In this document: in pieces, positions 42,843-51,610 of the stretch
How positions within the stretch are numbered: the stretch's first letter is position 1
Layout: the number at the start of each line of letters is the position of its first letter
Assembly: GCA_031362155.1 (NCBI GenBank)
Contig: JANLRZ010000206.1
Coordinates: 16,805-80,804, forward strand
Reading direction: 5' to 3'
Origin: Acidimicrobiia bacterium
Lineage (GTDB): Bacteria > Actinomycetota > Acidimicrobiia > IMCC26256 > JAENVU01
Length of the DNA stretch: 64,000 bases
Notes under the pieces: generated by a model
What the model was told of the DNA's origin: nothing
The model's input: only the letters and a program-made list of their open reading frames with translations
Databases searched by the model: none
Made by a program: the position numbers and the translations under genes

Positions 42843-44224
42843 GTGGCGGTCCCGCCCACCGTGAGTTCAGCCACCCGCAGGGTGGGTTGGCCGGACGACA
42901 CCGGCACGCTCTGACCGTCCTTGCCACACATGCCGGTCCACGTCTCGAAGTCGTTGCCGACGACGTCGACCGCGCGCAGCGCTTCGGGGCCGTTTCCGAT
43001 GAGCTGGGCCGCTCGCACGGGGTAGGTGATCTCACCGTTCTCGATCATGTACGCCTCCGTGATCCCGAAGACGAAGTCGCCGGTCGCGGTGTTGACCTGT
43101 CCGCCGCCGAGTGCGACGCAATAGAGCCCGTACGGCGTCTGGCGGATGATCTCGTCCGGATCCTCCTTGCCCGGGGTGATGTAAGTGTTCGTCATCCGCA
43201 CCATAGGAAGGTGTTGATACGTCTCGCGCCGCCCGTTCCCCGAACTCGCCCGTCCATCACGACGGGCGCGCAGCAGGTCCCACATGTAGTCGGTGAGGAT
43301 GCCGTCGTCGATGAGCACGTTGCGTTGTGCGGGTGCGCCTTCGTCGTCGATCGTGCACGCACCCCAATCGTGAGCGAGGCCACCGTCGTCGACCAGCGTG
43401 ACCCCCTGACCCGCGACGCGATCGCCCACGCGACCCGCGAACACCGACGCGTCGCGAGCCACCAGATCGGCTTCCAGACCGTGCCCGCATGCTTCGTGGA
43501 ACAGCACCCCGCCGGCACCTCGACGCAAGACGACCGGCAACTTGCCGCTCGGCGCGGGCCGAGCCTCGAGCTTCGACACCGCGCGGGCCGCCGCGATACG
43601 GGCGATCTCCTCGGGTGGGTGCTCGTCGAAGAACTCGAATCCGACGGTTCGCCCTGGTGCTTCGCTCCCGGTCTGGAGCCCGGTGTCGGCTGCGGCGACG
43701 CAGCTCACAACGAAACGGGTCCGCACCTGGTCGTCCGAGGCCAGCACACCATCGGAGTTGGCGACGAGGAAGCGACGCCGGCCATCGGCGTAACTCGCGG
43801 TGACCTGGGTGATGGAGTCCGAGTGCGAGCGGGCGGCGGCGTCGGCTCGCTCGAGCATCTCGACCTTCGCCTGCTTCGACACCGACTCGGGCAGCGTCAC
43901 GATCGCCTGCGGGGTGTTCACGCTCGGTGTGAGTGCCGCGACCCGAGTCCCGGGACCACCGGCACTGGCCGCAGCCGACGCCGCCTGGGCGGCTGCCCCG
44001 AGTCCGGCCTCGGTGAGGTCGGACGTGTGGGCGAATCCAGTGGTCTCACCCTTGACGACCCGGATCCCCGCACCCCGGCTGCGCCCGGACCGCATCTCCT
44101 CGACCTTGCCGTCGTCGAAGGTGGCCGAGGTCGACGCTCGATCCTCGACGAAGACGTCGGCGAAATCGCCGCCGCCCGCCATTGCGCGGTCCAGCGTGGC
44201 TTCCACGATACGAGTCTCGATCAA
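42839..44224 (-). CDS. tldD: TldD-family metalloprotease
   Basis: HExxxH site FHEACGHGLEAD. Start set at TTG 44224, 8 nt after GGAGG (LIETRIVEATLDRAMAGGG...). The ORF-track extension to 44509 is Arg/Pro-rich. Confidence 0.88.
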   Translation of the reverse strand: MIETRIVEATLDRAMAGGGDFADVFVEDRASTSATFDDGKVEEMRSGRSRGAGIRVVKGETTGFAHTSDLTEAGLGAAAQAASAAASAGGPGTRVAALTPSVNTPQAIVTLPESVSKQAKVEMLERADAAARSHSDSITQVTASYADGRRRFLVANSDGVLASDDQVRTRFVVSCVAAADTGLQTGSEAPGRTVGFEFFDEHPPEEIARIAAARAVSKLEARPAPSGKLPVVLRRGAGGVLFHEACGHGLEADLVARDASVFAGRVGDRVAGQGVTLVDDGGLAHDWGACTIDDEGAPAQRNVLIDDGILTDYMWDLLRARRDGRASSGNGRRETYQHLPMVRMTNTYITPGKEDPDEIIRQTPYGLYCVALGGGQVNTATGDFVFGITEAYMIENGEITYPVRAAQLIGNGPEALRAVDVVGNDFETWTGMCGKDGQSVPVSSGQPTLRVAELTVGGTAT

Positions 44225-44277
44225 CCCGTTCACCTCCGATGTGCTCAGTTCGTCCAGCGAGTGCGTATGGTACGTCC

Positions 44278-44664
44278 GTGCCGCTCGATGCAGGTCTCTC
44301 CGGGTTCGTCTCCCACGTGGTCTTGGAGTCCGACACCGCGCTCGCGCAAGGAACCGGTTCGGTTGCCGTGATCTCGACCCCCGAAGTTGTCCGGCTGGCC
44401 GAGCAGGCCGCCGTCGCGGCGGTCGATGGCCATGTCCCCGAAGGCCACACGACCGTGGGCTACCGGGTGCAGTTGGATCACCTCGCACCCGTCGCGGTCG
44501 GCGAATCACTCACGGCCGAAGCGGTCCTCGAGACGATCGAAGGTCGGCGGCTGACGTTCCGGGTGTCGGTGAAGTACCGCGCCGGCCTCGTGGCCGCGGG
44601 TCGCATCACCCGGGTGGCGGTGGAGGAAGCCCGATTCCTCGCCCGCGCCGCCGGCAGCACGTAG
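44278..44664 (+). CDS. Hotdog-fold thioesterase (fluoroacetyl-CoA-thioesterase-like family)
   Basis: GTG 44278 (VPLDAGLSGFVSHVVLESDTA...GSVAVISTPEVVRLAEQAA...). Start uncertain; ATG 44239 is an alternative. Confidence 0.65.
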   Translation: MPLDAGLSGFVSHVVLESDTALAQGTGSVAVISTPEVVRLAEQAAVAAVDGHVPEGHTTVGYRVQLDHLAPVAVGESLTAEAVLETIEGRRLTFRVSVKYRAGLVAAGRITRVAVEEARFLARAAGST

Positions 44665-44703
44665 CAGGCGCTCCCCGCGGCGGCCCTTGCTGTGCGGCCG
44701 TTG

Positions 44704-45537
44704 CTAGCCGACGGTTGCGGCGGCGTCGATCGACGCGAGGAAGCGGCGCAGCTCCGCCAGCCACGCGTCGCCGTTTTCGAACTGCGGTGAGTGACCCGCG
44801 TCGGGAATGACCACCAGCTCCGCACCGGGAATGGCCGCGGCCATGGCGTGCGATCCCGTAAGGAACGGTCGGTCTTGCGCACCGACCATCACCAAGGTCG
44901 GACACGACACCGCGACGGCCAACTGGTCGAGTTGCTCGGGTTGGTCGCGTACGTCGATCAGCATCTTCGTGTACATCGCCTGGCGCAGCGTCGCCCACTT
45001 GCGATCGCCGAACTCCCGGTAGCCGGGACGCTCGCGCAACATCTGCTCGTACGCCGGCGTCCCCAGCGGAGAGAACGCGTCCATGACGCGCTTGAGTTCG
45101 TCCATACCCTGCTCGTTCGCGATCTGGACCCCGAGGTCGATGATCTCGGAGTCCAGCGTCGGCACCGGGCCCGATGACGTGTCCATCAACACGAGTGCGT
45201 CGATCCGCTCAGGGGTGCGCAGGACGAACCGCCGCACCAGCATCCCGCCCATCGAGTGGCCCAACACTCGGAAGGTCGAGATGCCGAGTTGGTCGACCAC
45301 GCACTCGAGGTCGCTCGCGAACCGATCGAGGGAGTAGGCGTCCTCGTCCTCGGGGCCACCACTCGCCCCGTGGCCGCGTAGGTCGAACGCCACCACCCGG
45401 TGGTCGACCGCTAGATCGTCGATCTGATCGAAGAAGTCTTCCTTGGCGCCACCGAATCCGTGCACCAGCACCAGCACCGGCCCGGCGCCGCGATCGACGA
45501 CTTCCAACTCGACACCATCATCGGCGATGACGCGCAC
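44704..45537 (-). CDS. alpha/beta hydrolase
   Basis: HGFGGA oxyanion region, nucleophile elbow GHSMGG, His in DAGHSPQ. Start moved to GTG 45537, preceded by the strong RBS GGAGGAGGG-AAAC. ORF-track ATG 45588 would leave only 13 bp to the divergent gene. Confidence 0.85.
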   Translation of the reverse strand: MRVIADDGVELEVVDRGAGPVLVLVHGFGGAKEDFFDQIDDLAVDHRVVAFDLRGHGASGGPEDEDAYSLDRFASDLECVVDQLGISTFRVLGHSMGGMLVRRFVLRTPERIDALVLMDTSSGPVPTLDSEIIDLGVQIANEQGMDELKRVMDAFSPLGTPAYEQMLRERPGYREFGDRKWATLRQAMYTKMLIDVRDQPEQLDQLAVAVSCPTLVMVGAQDRPFLTGSHAMAAAIPGAELVVIPDAGHSPQFENGDAWLAELRRFLASIDAAATVG

Positions 45538-45601
45538 GTTTCCCTCCTCCGCATCCAAGACGCCACGGAAGGCGCCGAAGGACCCCATAGGCTAGGCCCT
45601 C

Positions 45602-46618
45602 ATGGAGGACCTCGACGCCGGAACCGACCGCGTCCCCACCCGACGGGGTCGGGTCGGCCTGGGAATCCGATTGGTGGTCAGCGCCGCACTCCTCGCCCTC
45701 CTGATCTCGAAGATCGACTTCGATGCCGTCGTCCCGCGTGAACGCCACTTCTCGACCCTGGTGTGGTTCGGGCTGGCGCTCGCGACGGCCTTCGTCGGCA
45801 TCATCCTGTCGGCGTGGCGGTGGCAACGGGTGATCCAGGCGTTCGGGATCCACGTGCCGCTGCGAACCCTGACCACGCACTACTTCGCCGGCCAGTTCGT
45901 CGGCAACGTCCTGCCCTCCACCATCGGCGGAGACGTCCTGCGGGTGACCCGGAGCGCGAAGAACATCGGATCTCGCGAGACCGCGTTCGCGGCAGTCGCA
46001 CTCGAACGCCTCACGGGGTTTCTCGTGCTGCCGCTCATCAGTGCAACCGGGTTCGTCATCGACCCGAACTTGCTCTCGTCTGACAAAGCGTGGGTCGCGC
46101 TGCTGATCTCCGGGATCACGCTCGCCGCGCTCAGCGTCATCCTGGTGCTCGCCGGCCACCCGAATGCGGCCGGGCGGTTCCAGCACAACGAGAACTGGAC
46201 CCGGTTCCTCGGCGCGGTGCACGTGGGCATCGGATATCTCCGCCGCGACCGGAGCCAGATCCTCGGCGTCGTCGGGACCGCGCTCATCTACCAAGCGTCC
46301 GTCGTGGTCATGGTCGGATTCCTGGTCCTCACCTTCGACGCCGGCATTCCCGCCGCGGCGCTCATCGCGTTCGTCCCGATCGTTGCCATCGCCCAGGTCG
46401 TTCCGATCTCGTTGTCCGGTCTCGGTGTCCGGGAAGGCATGTTGGTGCTGTTGCTCCACCCGCTCGGCGTGTCGACTGGGCACGCGGTCGGTATCGGCCT
46501 CGCCTGGTACGCAACGATGCTCATCGTCAGCTTGTTCGGCGCCCCGGCCTTCGCGGTCGGTCACCGCACACCCGCAACACCAACCTCTGCCGCCGAGAGC
46601 TCGCCGACGCCCACATGA
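45602..46618 (+). CDS. Flippase-like polytopic membrane protein (LPG-synthase-TM / UPF0104 family)
   Basis: 338 aa, ~8 TM. Pattern RWQRVIQAFGIHVPL...YFAGQFVGNVLPSTIGGDVLRV is typical of the MprF flippase-like domain family. Confidence 0.75.
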   Translation: MEDLDAGTDRVPTRRGRVGLGIRLVVSAALLALLISKIDFDAVVPRERHFSTLVWFGLALATAFVGIILSAWRWQRVIQAFGIHVPLRTLTTHYFAGQFVGNVLPSTIGGDVLRVTRSAKNIGSRETAFAAVALERLTGFLVLPLISATGFVIDPNLLSSDKAWVALLISGITLAALSVILVLAGHPNAAGRFQHNENWTRFLGAVHVGIGYLRRDRSQILGVVGTALIYQASVVVMVGFLVLTFDAGIPAAALIAFVPIVAIAQVVPISLSGLGVREGMLVLLLHPLGVSTGHAVGIGLAWYATMLIVSLFGAPAFAVGHRTPATPTSAAESSPTPT

Positions 46619-47421
46619 GCGACATCGTCCTCGAGGAACCTTCGGCGAGACTCCGACGCCTTCCGGGCGCTCGCATCCTGACCGGCGGCCGGGTGATCTA
46701 TTGGTGGTTCGAGATCATCGCGGTGCTGTCGTACTACTTCATCTATAGCGCCGTCCGGAATGCCGATGCCGACAAGCCCGAACTCGCACGCCAGCACGCC
46801 CTCCAACTGATCAACTTCCAGAAGACCCTCGGCATTTACCACGAGCAGGCAATCCACAAGTGGGCCATCCAGATCGAGCCCATGATCGTGACCGCCAACT
46901 ACTTCTACGGGTCGCTGCATTTCGTGGTCACGATCGGCGTCGCGATCTTCCTCTTCCGGAAGTTCCCGGACGACTATCCACTGTGGCGCAACACGCTCGC
47001 CATCGCCACCGCGCTCGCGCTCATCGGCTTCCGTTTCTGGCCGCTCATGCCGCCGCGCCTGCTTCCCCACCACTACGGGTTCGTCGACACGCTCGCCAAG
47101 TACCCGACGTTCTGGAGTTTCAACTCGGGGACGATGAAGAAGATCTCCAACCAGTTCGCAGCGATGCCGAGCGTGCACTGCGCCTGGGCACTGTGGTGCG
47201 CGTGCGTCTTGGTCCCGCGGTTGCGCTCGACCTGGGCCAAGCTGCTCGCGGGCTTGTACCCGGCGATGACGGTCACGGTCATTGTGGTCACGGCGAATCA
47301 CTACCTTCTCGATGCGGTCGGTGGCTTTGCCATCCTCGGCATCGGGTACGCGGCCGCGCGTGCACTCACGCGGGCTGGTCGTCCCCCGACCCTCGTTTCA
47401 CCCTCCGGCGAGCCGACATGA
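46615..47421 (+). CDS. PAP2-superfamily membrane protein, sphingomyelin/IPC-synthase-like (PAP2_C type)
   Basis: ATG 46615 overlaps the upstream stop (ATGA). Polytopic. C2-like PSVHCAW (SxH) and C3-like NHYLLDAVGG (HYxxD) motifs. Confidence 0.7.
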   Translation: MSDIVLEEPSARLRRLPGARILTGGRVIYWWFEIIAVLSYYFIYSAVRNADADKPELARQHALQLINFQKTLGIYHEQAIHKWAIQIEPMIVTANYFYGSLHFVVTIGVAIFLFRKFPDDYPLWRNTLAIATALALIGFRFWPLMPPRLLPHHYGFVDTLAKYPTFWSFNSGTMKKISNQFAAMPSVHCAWALWCACVLVPRLRSTWAKLLAGLYPAMTVTVIVVTANHYLLDAVGGFAILGIGYAAARALTRAGRPPTLVSPSGEPT

Positions 47422-48047
47422 GGGTCCGGACCCGCCTGCGCGATGCCGCGCGTTTCGCGGCCTACCGAGTCGGTGTGCGAAACGCGAGCCACCTTCGCCC
47501 GTGGCCCACCGGAACCTGGAACGACGACTGGCAGGCCGGCACATGGGACTACATGGCCGACACCGCCGAAGCACCGCGATACGCGTTACTCGCAGGGCTC
47601 ATTCTCTCCGAAGGTTCGCCCGGCACCGTCCTCGACATCGGCTGCGGCTCGGGGACCCTGCGCCACCATCTCCACCCCGACAGCTTCACGTCCTATCGCG
47701 GCGTCGACATCGCGCCGAGTGCGATCGAACGGGCGGCGAGCGCCGGGTACGAACGCAGCACGTTCGCGTGCACCGACGCGAGCACCCAGCCTCTCGATCC
47801 GGCTGAGACCGTGGTGCTCAACGAGGTTGCCTACCTCGTCGCCGACCCGGCGGCATTCATTGCCGACGTGGGCCGATTGGTCGTGCCGGGGGGCCGACTG
47901 ATCGCGTCGATCTATCGCCACCCCGGCGACATCGTCCATTGGCGGGCGCTCGACCGGGTCGGGCTCGCCACCGAGCGGATCTGGGTACGGAACAAAAACC
48001 CGAGCGCGCCGTACGGCACTCGGATCGTCTCGTACCGCATGCCCTGA
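47418..48047 (+). CDS. Class I SAM-dependent methyltransferase
   Basis: ATG 47418 overlaps the upstream stop (ATGA). Motif I VLDIGCGSGTL, post-I YRGVDIAPSAI, motif II-like VVLNEV. Confidence 0.8.
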   Translation: MRVRTRLRDAARFAAYRVGVRNASHLRPWPTGTWNDDWQAGTWDYMADTAEAPRYALLAGLILSEGSPGTVLDIGCGSGTLRHHLHPDSFTSYRGVDIAPSAIERAASAGYERSTFACTDASTQPLDPAETVVLNEVAYLVADPAAFIADVGRLVVPGGRLIASIYRHPGDIVHWRALDRVGLATERIWVRNKNPSAPYGTRIVSYRMP

Positions 48048-48077
48048 ACGCGCCGGGTCGCAGGCGCCGCCCGAAGG

Positions 48078-48965
48078 TCAGGTTCGTCGGGTGAAGCCCA
48101 CGATGCCCATGACCGCATCGCGCACCGCGAGGTCGGCCAACGACATCGGCGCGCCCTTCAGGGTGGCGAGACCTAACTGACGCCGAGGAAGGTCAACGAT
48201 GTCGAAGGTCCGCATGCCTTCGAGACTCGGAGGTACCGCGGTCTCAGGCAGCACGGCAATGCCCGCGCCCGCGGCCACGAGGTCCGCGATCAGCCGGATT
48301 CCTTCCACTTCCACCGGCACTTCGAGGTGCACCCCGAGCGCGGCCGCCGCGTTCTCGATCTCGGCCCGCAACGGGTTCACTTCTGGCGGGAGCACGAGCC
48401 GCATCCGCGCCAGATCCTTGACCTTGAGTGGTCCCGGCGGCAGGTCGGCATCGGCGGGCGCGAGCCCGACCATCGGCTCGTCGGCCAGGTGTTCGAACAC
48501 GATGCGCGGGTCATGCACCGGTGCGGTCACCAACGCCAAGGCGAGGTCTTGGGACACGACCTCGCCGATGAGCCGCTCCGACGCGCCTTCGTGCACGAGC
48601 AGTCGAACGCCCGGTGCCTGCTCTCGTAAGTGGGCCACGAGTTGGGGCACCAACCAGCGACTCGCGGTCCCCACCACTCCGAACGACGCGTTTCCGACGC
48701 GCAGTCCCTGCAGCGCGGCCAGTTCCTCGTGCAGCAGCTCGATCTCCCGCCGGACCCGACGCGCGTGCTCCAACACCACCCGACCGGACTCGGTCGGTCG
48801 GGCACCGCCTCGACCGCGAGCGAGCAGCGTGACGCCGAGTTCGCGCTCGAGCTGACGGACTTGTTCGGACACGTTCGACTGGACGGTTCGCAGCGCATCC
48901 GCCGCGGCCGTGAACGTTCCGGTCTCATCGATAGCGATCAGGGTGTCGAAATGGCGAAGTTCCAC
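48078..48965 (-). CDS. LysR-family transcriptional regulator
   Basis: N-terminal wHTH MELRHFDTLIAIDETGTFTAAADALRTVQSNVSEQVRQLEREL plus a LysR substrate-binding domain. 295 aa. Confidence 0.95.
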   Translation of the reverse strand: MELRHFDTLIAIDETGTFTAAADALRTVQSNVSEQVRQLERELGVTLLARGRGGARPTESGRVVLEHARRVRREIELLHEELAALQGLRVGNASFGVVGTASRWLVPQLVAHLREQAPGVRLLVHEGASERLIGEVVSQDLALALVTAPVHDPRIVFEHLADEPMVGLAPADADLPPGPLKVKDLARMRLVLPPEVNPLRAEIENAAAALGVHLEVPVEVEGIRLIADLVAAGAGIAVLPETAVPPSLEGMRTFDIVDLPRRQLGLATLKGAPMSLADLAVRDAVMGIVGFTRRT

Positions 48966-49121
48966 AAGGCCCTCCGAGGCTGGTGCGATTGGTCACATCG
49001 AGTTGCCCACACCGACGCTCCGGCACGTCACGGCTCATCAATCTGTTTTGTAGATACTACCTATCACAACTACCTGTTGGACAGATCACTACCAGAGGGT
49101 GTTACCTAATGACGTACTGAG

Positions 49122-49157
49122 GTCAGGGAGCCGGGGCCCCCCGCCGGCTCCCCTGAC
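49122..49157 (+). promoter_or_regulatory. GC-rich hairpin in the whiB-family gene leader
   Basis: GTCAGGGAGCCGG-(loop ggcccccc)-GCCGGCTCCCCTGAC: 13-bp stem with one bulged C, 50 nt upstream of ATG 49207. Confidence 0.3.
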
Positions 49158-49206
49158 TTCATCTCCCGCATCGGTCCCACTCGGACCACACGAACTTGAG
49201 GACATC

Positions 49207-49554
49207 ATGGCTGCCGAAAGCCTTTCCACCTTGATCTTTACCGGCCCACTCTCATGGACGGCCGACGCATCCTGCGAAGGTCGCACGGAGCTCTTCTTCG
49301 CTCCGGCGGGTGAGCGTCCCGAGGCCCGCGCGGTCCGGGAGGGCAAGGCCCGCGGTGTCTGCGCCGAGTGTGAAGCGTTGATCGCGTGCCGCGACTGGGC
49401 CCGCGAGCACCGCGAGTACGGATTCTGGGGTGGCGAGTCCGAGGAAGACCGCGCCGCAGCCGGTTTCCGAGTCGATATGCCCGTCGGCCGCGTCGCCCGC
49501 TACCCGAAGGGCAACGGCGTCCCGGTCGCCCCTCGCACCCCCAAGGTCGCCTGA
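49207..49554 (+). CDS. WhiB-family (Wbl) transcriptional regulator
   Basis: Four Cys (ASCEG ... GVCAECEALIAC), a GFWGG turn, and a basic C-terminal tail. ATG 49207. Confidence 0.9.
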   Translation: MAAESLSTLIFTGPLSWTADASCEGRTELFFAPAGERPEARAVREGKARGVCAECEALIACRDWAREHREYGFWGGESEEDRAAAGFRVDMPVGRVARYPKGNGVPVAPRTPKVA

Positions 49555-49586
49555 GCGCTGACTAGTGTCCGCGGCTCTATGGGAGC

Positions 49587-50642
49587 ATGCGGATGACTGA
49601 GACGACCGAGGGAGTCGACCTCGATCGACTCCAAGCATTCTTCGCGGCCAACGTCGCCGGAGCGACGGGCGGACCGCTGCAGGCGACCTTGATCGCCGGC
49701 GGACGCTCGAACCTCACCTACTCGATCACCGACGGTGCCTCGACCTGGGTGTTGCGGCGTCCACCCCTGGGACACGTGCTGCCGACCGCGCACGACATGG
49801 CACGCGAGTACCGCGTCATGTCGGCACTCGCGTCGACCGAGGTCCCGGTACCCCGCACGTTGGCCATGTGTGACGACCTGGCGGTGAACGGTGCGCCGTT
49901 CTACGTCATGGAACTCGTCGAAGGAACGATCTACCGCGACGGCAATGCGCTTGCCACGCTCGACGCGTCCGACGCCCGTCGTGCGTCCGAAGCCCTCGTC
50001 GACGTGCTCGCGGCCATCCACGCGGTCGACTACCGGTCCGTCGGCCTCGAAGACTTCGGTCGACCCGAAGGCTTCCTCGAGCGGCAAGTGCGGCGCTGGG
50101 GCGAACAGTGGGAACGATCCAAGACCCGTGAGCTCCCCAACGTCGACGAACTCGCTCGTCGTCTACGCAACGCGCTGCCCGAATCGGGTCCGCCGACGAT
50201 CGTGCACGGCGACTATCGCCTCGACAACACGATGATGGCGAACGACGACCCTGGGACGATCGTCGCGGTACTGGATTGGGAGATGTCGACCCTCGGCGAT
50301 CCGCTGACCGATCTCGGCCTCTTCCTCCTCTACTGGGGCCAGGCCGACGCGCAGATCATCGCGACCGGCGCCGCAATCGGCAGTCAGGACGGCTTCCTGA
50401 GCCGGGACGACATCGTGGCCCGGTACGCGTCGGCCAGCGGTCGCGCCGTCGACCAACTCGACTGGTACCAGATCCTCGCGTCCTACAAGTTGGCGATCAT
50501 CGTGGAAGGCATCAACGCCCGATACCAGATGGGTAAGACCCTCGGCGAGGGCTTCGAGACGATGGGCGCCATGGTGTCCGGGCTCATCGACAGTGCCCTC
50601 GAACACGCCAACCGCTCCGAGATCGTCGCCCTGCGCGGATGA
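49587..50642 (+). CDS. Phosphotransferase (APH/choline-kinase-like) family protein
   Basis: GGRSNLTY, catalytic loop IVHGDYRLDNTMM, and DWE motif VLDWEMSTLGDP. Confidence 0.85.
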   Translation: MRMTETTEGVDLDRLQAFFAANVAGATGGPLQATLIAGGRSNLTYSITDGASTWVLRRPPLGHVLPTAHDMAREYRVMSALASTEVPVPRTLAMCDDLAVNGAPFYVMELVEGTIYRDGNALATLDASDARRASEALVDVLAAIHAVDYRSVGLEDFGRPEGFLERQVRRWGEQWERSKTRELPNVDELARRLRNALPESGPPTIVHGDYRLDNTMMANDDPGTIVAVLDWEMSTLGDPLTDLGLFLLYWGQADAQIIATGAAIGSQDGFLSRDDIVARYASASGRAVDQLDWYQILASYKLAIIVEGINARYQMGKTLGEGFETMGAMVSGLIDSALEHANRSEIVALRG

Positions 50643-50663
50643 TCGCCGTGCTCACAGGGGTGA

Positions 50664-50694
50664 ACGCGGCCGGGGCTCGACGGGCCGCGTTTCC
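50664..50694 (+). terminator. Candidate intrinsic terminator after the phosphotransferase gene
   Basis: ACGCGGCC-(11 nt)-GGCCGCGT 8-bp stem followed by TTCC. The U tract is weak. Confidence 0.3.
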
Positions 50695-50752
50695 TCCCGT
50701 CCGCAGCACCTCCGCGTGAACGGTTGACGGGTCCACCCCCTACCATCGGGGG

Positions 50753-51610
50753 ATGAGTTCGTTGCAGTGGGACCACGAGCCGGTCCTCATCGACCCCGTG
50801 GTGCTCGCGGCTTTCACCGGTTGGAACGATGCGGCCGACGCCGCCAGCGACGCCGCCGACTGGGTCGCCGCCCGCTTCGGAGCCGTGGAGTTCGCGACGA
50901 TCGACCCACAGGTCCACATCGATTTCCAGGCGCAGCGACCCGTGGTCACGCTGATCGACGGCGTGACGCGTGACCTCTCTTGGCCGCAGTACTCGATCCG
51001 CGCTGCGGCCACGACCGACGGACAACCCGACCTCGTCGTCATCACCGGCCCGGAACCGAACTACGACTGGCGCGGCTTCTGCGACGCCATCATGGAGGTC
51101 GCCCGCACCGTCGGATCGACCACCGTGGTCACCTTCGGATCGCTGCTGGCCGACAGCCCCCATTCCCACGCGCCCCGCATCACGGGCAGCGCGACCGATC
51201 CCGACATCATGGATCGCATCGGCCTGACTCGGTCCCGATACGAAGGCCCGACCGGCATCGTCGGCGTCGTGCACGATACGTGTCGCCAGGCCGGGTTCGT
51301 CTCTGCGTCGCTGTGGGTGCCGGTGCCGCACTACGTGGCCGCCCCGCCCAACCCTCCGGCCATCACCGCCCTCCTCGAAGGCTTCTCCCGCACGGTCGGG
51401 CTCGACCTGGATCTGCGCGAGTTGCGCGTCGCCTCGGACGCGTGGCGGACCCGAGTCGATGCCGCGCTGGCCGCCGACGACGATCTGCGTGAGTACGTCG
51501 ACAATCTCGAAGCCCAGCAGGTCGACGATACGGTCGACCCTGACGAACTGCCCGACGGCGAATCGATCGCCGAAGCGTTCGAGGAGTACCTGCGCGACCA
51601 GGGATCCTGA
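50753..51610 (+). CDS. PAC2-family (proteasome-assembly-chaperone-like) protein
   Basis: LAAFTGWNDAADAAS..., ITGPEPNYDWRGF..., and an acidic C-terminus. This pattern is typical of actinobacterial PAC2 proteins. Confidence 0.8.
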   Translation: MSSLQWDHEPVLIDPVVLAAFTGWNDAADAASDAADWVAARFGAVEFATIDPQVHIDFQAQRPVVTLIDGVTRDLSWPQYSIRAAATTDGQPDLVVITGPEPNYDWRGFCDAIMEVARTVGSTTVVTFGSLLADSPHSHAPRITGSATDPDIMDRIGLTRSRYEGPTGIVGVVHDTCRQAGFVSASLWVPVPHYVAAPPNPPAITALLEGFSRTVGLDLDLRELRVASDAWRTRVDAALAADDDLREYVDNLEAQQVDDTVDPDELPDGESIAEAFEEYLRDQGS

